Positions 59,372-64,000 of a stretch of DNA of 64,000 bases are shown piece after piece. Each line of letters starts with the position of its first letter. Positions within the stretch are counted from its first letter, which is position 1. The DNA is from Octopus vulgaris. Its lineage: Eukaryota. The position numbers were made by a program, and so were the translations under genes. Under the pieces are notes generated by a model. It did not search any database and was not told the origin of the DNA. It saw nothing but the letters and a program-made list of their open reading frames with translations. Location of the stretch: contig OX597819.1 of the NCBI GenBank assembly GCA_951406725.2, positions 52,018,001 to 52,082,000 of the forward strand, in the 5' to 3' direction.

Positions 59372-59695
59372 GAAGACGCATGGCTCAGTGGCTAGAGCGT
59401 CCAGCTTACGATCGTGAGTTGTGAGTTCGATTCCCGGACCGGGCTGCGTGTTGTGTTCTTGAGCAAGACACTTTATTTGACGTTGCTCCAGTTCACTCAG
59501 CTGTAAAAATGAGTTGCAACATCACTGGTGCCAAGCTGTATCGGCCTTTGCCTTTCCCTTGGATAAAACTTGTGGCGTGGCGTGGAGAGGGAAGGCATGG
59601 GTGACAGCTGGCCTTCCTTAATCAACTTTGCTCGGACTTGGAGGGTAACTTTCTAGATGCAATCCCATGGTCATTCATGACTGAAGTGGGTCCCT
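59372..59695 (+). mobile_element. SINE family E (tRNA head plus CORE-like domain, distinct tail)
   Basis: TGGCTCAGTGG A-box, GAGTTCGATTCC B-box, TGTGTTCTTGAGCAAGACACTTTA. The tail differs from family D. Confidence 0.85.
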
Positions 59696-59700
59696 TCCTC

Positions 59701-59765
<65 letters not shown>

Positions 59766-59777
59766 AAACAAACAAGA

Positions 59778-60170
59778 TGGTATTTTTTCGAAGCCAGAGT
59801 TGCCGGGTTGCTAGTAGAACAACAGAAATACTGGATAAATTACCTTTACAAGGCGGAAAAATTTGTCAAAGACCAGCCATGGGATTCGAATCCATATCCC
59901 TCAAAGGCACCGGTTGACTGCTTTACCATTAAGCTAAGCTGCTCGCTGACAAATTCAACCACCGAATTATATTCTAAGTACTTTAGGTTTATAGAACAAC
60001 CATATGTACATAAATGTAATCAAACACATATTTGCTTCTTTATCAGAAGCGTTGGGGGATATTGGTTCGAGTCCCATGGCTGGTTGTTGACAAAATTTTC
60101 CGCGTTGTAAGGATAATTTACTTAGTATTTCTGCTGTTCTAACGGCAACTCTGCGTTCGAAAAAATATCA
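59778..60170. mobile_element. Inverted pair of a tRNA-derived element (arms 59778-59900 and 60056-60170)
   Basis: The arms are reverse complements with scattered mismatches. Minus strand 59873-59943 has A-box TAGCTTAATGG and B-box GGATTCGAATCCC. Confidence 0.75.
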
Positions 60171-60364
60171 AATTATTTGCATCGTACAATACACATTTCA
60201 ACGCTTCTAGTAAAAAAAACAAATATTTGTTTATATTTGTGTGTGTATGTATATATATATATATGAAAAAAAATGTATAACATTCTTCAGACATATTGAC
60301 TCAAATATATATTTTTTAACCTTTTAAAACAAGCCTTCTGTAGTTTTTTCACTTTTTACTATTT

Positions 60365-60459
<95 letters not shown>

Positions 60460-60760
60460 CGTTTTTGTATTTGTTTGCGGGATTCTTTATGTGAATTCGT
60501 GTATTGAAACATATTTTATTGTTTGAGGAGAGTCATTCTCTTTTAGTGCCTTATTACTTAACACACTCACCGGTTCGATTTCCACTCATTCACTTATTTA
60601 TTTTAAAATTTTCGTTGCACCTTGCAACCTTTTCAATAGACGTTGACTTTGTTTGTTATCAGAGCTCTGGTAACGGACACATCTGGCTATCGACACACGG
60701 TCTGTATCCGAAAAAATGAGCAAGGGAGGTCATCGCTCCCATCCCTAGTCTTACGTGATA

Positions 60761-60805
60761 CTCACAGACCTAGGTTTCTTGGTGGTTACCTGTCATCAGT
60801 GAGAG
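60761..60805 (-). ncRNA. Type I hammerhead ribozyme (family H3, second copy)
   Basis: CUCUCA-CUGAUGA-CAGGU(AACC)ACCAA-GAAA-CCUAGG-UC-UGUGAG. About 100 nt downstream is homologous to 44577-44690. Confidence 0.75.
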
Positions 60806-61261
60806 ACAAGTTTCTTTTATTTACTACTAGATAAACCATAACAAGTTTCCTTATATTTGAGGCAGCTTTCTCGAAAGAACGAAGATGGTTGGAAACACTT
60901 TCTTCAATTCGAAACCAGAAACCCGCATCCATTCCTTCGTTGAGAAATCCCTATCAGTAAGTTATTAACGGTTGGTAAAGTAAACGGTTGTGTTTGCGTT
61001 GACGTCGTCTACGTTGTTGTCTTTCTTACTGTTGCTATTTCTATATTGTTACTAATGTCTGTTTCTTTGTTGTTGTAATTGTTGTTGCTGCTGTTACTCT
61101 TCTGGTCGCTCTCCTTGCAGATCTTGTTATTACTGCTCTTCATATTATATCTATTGTCGTTGATGTTCGTGCGGGTCATCTCACAGTTTCCAATGTTATT
61201 CATGTTGTCGCTCCTGTTGTCTTCGTTATGTCTGTCAGATTGCTCTTCATTTTACACATCT

Positions 61262-61460
61262 TATTTCTTTACTGCCTACAAGGGGCTAAACACAGAGAGG
61301 ACAAACAAGGACAGACAAACAGATTAAGTCGATTATATCGATCTCAGTGCATAACTGGTATTTAATTTATCCACCCCGAAAGGATGAAAGGCAAAGTCGA
61401 CCTCGGCGGAATTTGAACTCAGAACATAACGGCAGACGAAATACGGTTACGCATTTCGCC
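61262..61460 (-). mobile_element. SINE family B
   Basis: Tail TATTTCTTTACTGCCTACAAGGGGCTAAAC and B body. Confidence 0.88.
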
Positions 61461-61902
61461 TGGATTGTTACTAATATCTGATAACTACTTCAATGTTCGT
61501 ACTTTTTGCAAATTAATCTTTTTTTTTTTCTCGTTGTAAAGTGTTTACATTTTGTTGTATCTTTAAATTAGCTTTCTTTTTATTTTATTTATTTTCTGCT
61601 TTCTGAGTTGTTGTATTCAGTTGAATATATTTTTTCTTGTTCAGTGTTATCGCTCTTTCAAGACGACGCCATTTTTTTTCTTTTACCCCTTTAGGGTGAA
61701 TGTAAAACACCAACAATTAAAAGTTCTGAAAATGACCACCATTTTTTTCCCCTTCTTTTTGTATGTGGAAGATATCCAGATACGTTCCAGAAGATTTCTC
61801 TGGAGGAGATTGCGAAATAAAAATGGCTCTTCCATCTCCTCACTTCATTAACAGAGTAACAAAATTCACACGGTTTCCACAAAAGAAGAAGAAGAAGAAA
61901 TA

Positions 61903-61933
<31 letters not shown>

Positions 61934-62804
61934 TGATGATGATGATGATGCGTTTCATAGTGTAGAGATGTAAAAGTCGTAGGCGTTCCAATTTTCAGTT
62001 TTTTTTTTCATAGTCAAGGTGGTGCCCCGGCTTGGTTGCAATCCAGTGAAACGAGTAACAGAATTTCTCCACTTGGTGGATAATACCTCGGTTTGTCAAG
62101 GTTCCACCATTTTAAGCAATAGTCTAACTTAATTAGAACAATTAATTTCTAACTTGAAAGCCTTTGGTACTTGCCATATTTGATAGGATTCTCTGCACGC
62201 AGAGTTCAAATTGCACCGAGGTCAACTTTGCCTTTCAATATTTTGGCGTCGATAAAATAAAGTATATGAATCCAGTATGGTAGAATAATGGACTGTAAAA
62301 ACGTCAGATTTAGTGCCTTGTATTTGTACCGACTCTCGGCGTCCTGAGTTCAAATTCCGTCATAGTCTACATATTTGAAAGACTTCGTGTGCCAGCTGAT
62401 TTAAAATTGCCACCTGCCACTTTGGATGCCTATAGCTGAGGGTTCTACTGTGTTGTAAGCATTCGGACCAGGTCTGAGATTTAAGGATACCCTTCCTCCA
62501 CCCACCTAAAATACCCTGTAAAGCTATGGTTCCCAACCATAATGCATGTGACCCCTGAAGGTTCATATAAGATTTGGTGGGGTAGATGTTCATGCAAGAA
62601 AGATAGTAAAACTGGGGAATCAAAGTAATATTTTAAGGGTCTATGAATATTTCAAGGGTCAATAAGGTTACTTTCTCTAAAGTTTTACGTAGCTCAACAT
62701 GTTTGCAGCCATTGAAACATATTCTCTCTGAGAGTGCTATTGGAAACCTACTTTAGTGAAGAATGGAAAGCAAAATATGAATTTTGAAAGTACCAATAAA
62801 AACT

Positions 62805-62926
62805 ATTATTTACATTATTTACATTCGACGGATATTTGTCCTCATCTTGTTTGCTGTTAACACAACATTTCGGCTGGTATACCCTCCCGCCTTCTTAAGG
62901 TGTCTTGGGGCAATATCGAACCTGGG
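62805..62926 (-). mobile_element. Truncated second copy of the H1 element 3' half (HHR core mutated)
   Basis: Reverse complement matches 34743-34860; the core reads CUUAAGA...GAAAUGUU. Confidence 0.8.
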
Positions 62927-64000
62927 AAATCAGAGTGCCAAATACTCCAAAATCAAACTTCCTTTTCAGTTTATAACGTAACTTATGATACCATTAATCA
63001 ACAAGTAAATGACTTTTTATTTTTTGAGCCCTAGAACTCACTCTTTAAGCCGGTTACCTGGTTTCCATGGCATATCAGTGACCAAGATTACAATATTTCT
63101 CTTGAATGAAACGCTGATCCGTCGCAGAGTTCAAGGCCGATGATTTTGAGGTGTGTGTGTGTGTGTCGGTGGCGGGGGGATTATATCACTTTAATTTTTT
63201 TTTAGTAATATAATAATAGCAACTTAAAACAAAATCTTCCTTTACTTGTTTTTAATTGATAAACATTTCTTAAATATTAGAATATGATGTGAATTTTTGC
63301 ATTAGTTTCTATATTTAGTTAAGAGCAAATTATAGTGTAACATATACGCTTAATAGAATAATTAAAGTAATGAGAGTACTTCATTAATTATAGATTGTTA
63401 TCGCAGGCCTTATTTTATCGAACTCGAAGGGATGAAAGGCAAAGTTGACCTTGGTAGAATTTGAACACAGAACGTAAAAACCTGAAGAAATGCCACTTAT
63501 CATTTTGTCCGACGTGCTAACAATTCTACCATTTCAAGGCCTAATAATGGCATTATCAAACATCAAATGATTCACATAAGTTCTTCAGGGCTTAATTAAA
63601 TCTTTGGAAATGAGGTATCAAGCAGTTTCTTCGGTTTTATTTCGTTTTTTTTTTTTCTTAAATAGATTATAATAGTTTTGTATAGAAAGCTCTTAAGAAC
63701 ATTTGAATAGTAAGCAGATCGACAGTTGCTCATCTATCTACTATCCACTAGCACTTTTAAGAATCGATACTACTATCACTCTCTTTAATTTTTTGTTTCT
63801 TTTTCAAGATCAAAATTTTGAACATTTTAGGGCGATTAACAAGAACAGCTTTGCTACGATTTTAGAGAAAAACCTGAAGCTTAACACTGTCTTGGATGGT
63901 TTGAATAAATATTAAGGCAGCTTAAAGTATGGCTTAATTTCTAGTGTCGTTAAAATTATATAGGATATACCGTTTAAAAGTAGCAGTTGACTAGAAGAAT

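Overview
This is AT-rich, microsatellite-saturated eukaryotic DNA. Its SINE families look like those of octopus (cephalopod) genomes, which is an inference from recognising the repeats. I cannot support any host protein-coding exon; nearly all ORF-track entries are microsatellite artefacts. The recognisable content is mobile DNA. It includes five or more tRNA-derived SINE types with shuffled heads, cores and tails, a Tx1/L1-clade LINE 3' fragment inside (GATA)n, RTE and R4/Dong-like remnants, a deleted mellifera-like mariner and Tc1/mariner MITEs. It also includes two decayed Penelope-like elements (PLEs; RT plus GIY-YIG, Naiad-like). The main unannotated signal is six intact-looking type I hammerhead ribozyme (HHR) folds and one decayed copy, from four sequence families. 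Two families lie in the termini of the PLEs. One lies in a short non-coding retrozyme-like element. One lies in a tRNA-headed SINE-like element with a PLE-style inverted 5' end and a target-site duplication, making it a candidate ribozyme-bearing SINE mobilised by PLE machinery. A second notable signal is a 42-nt 3' tail shared by the Tx1-like LINE and the most abundant SINE family. All folds and alignments were done by eye.
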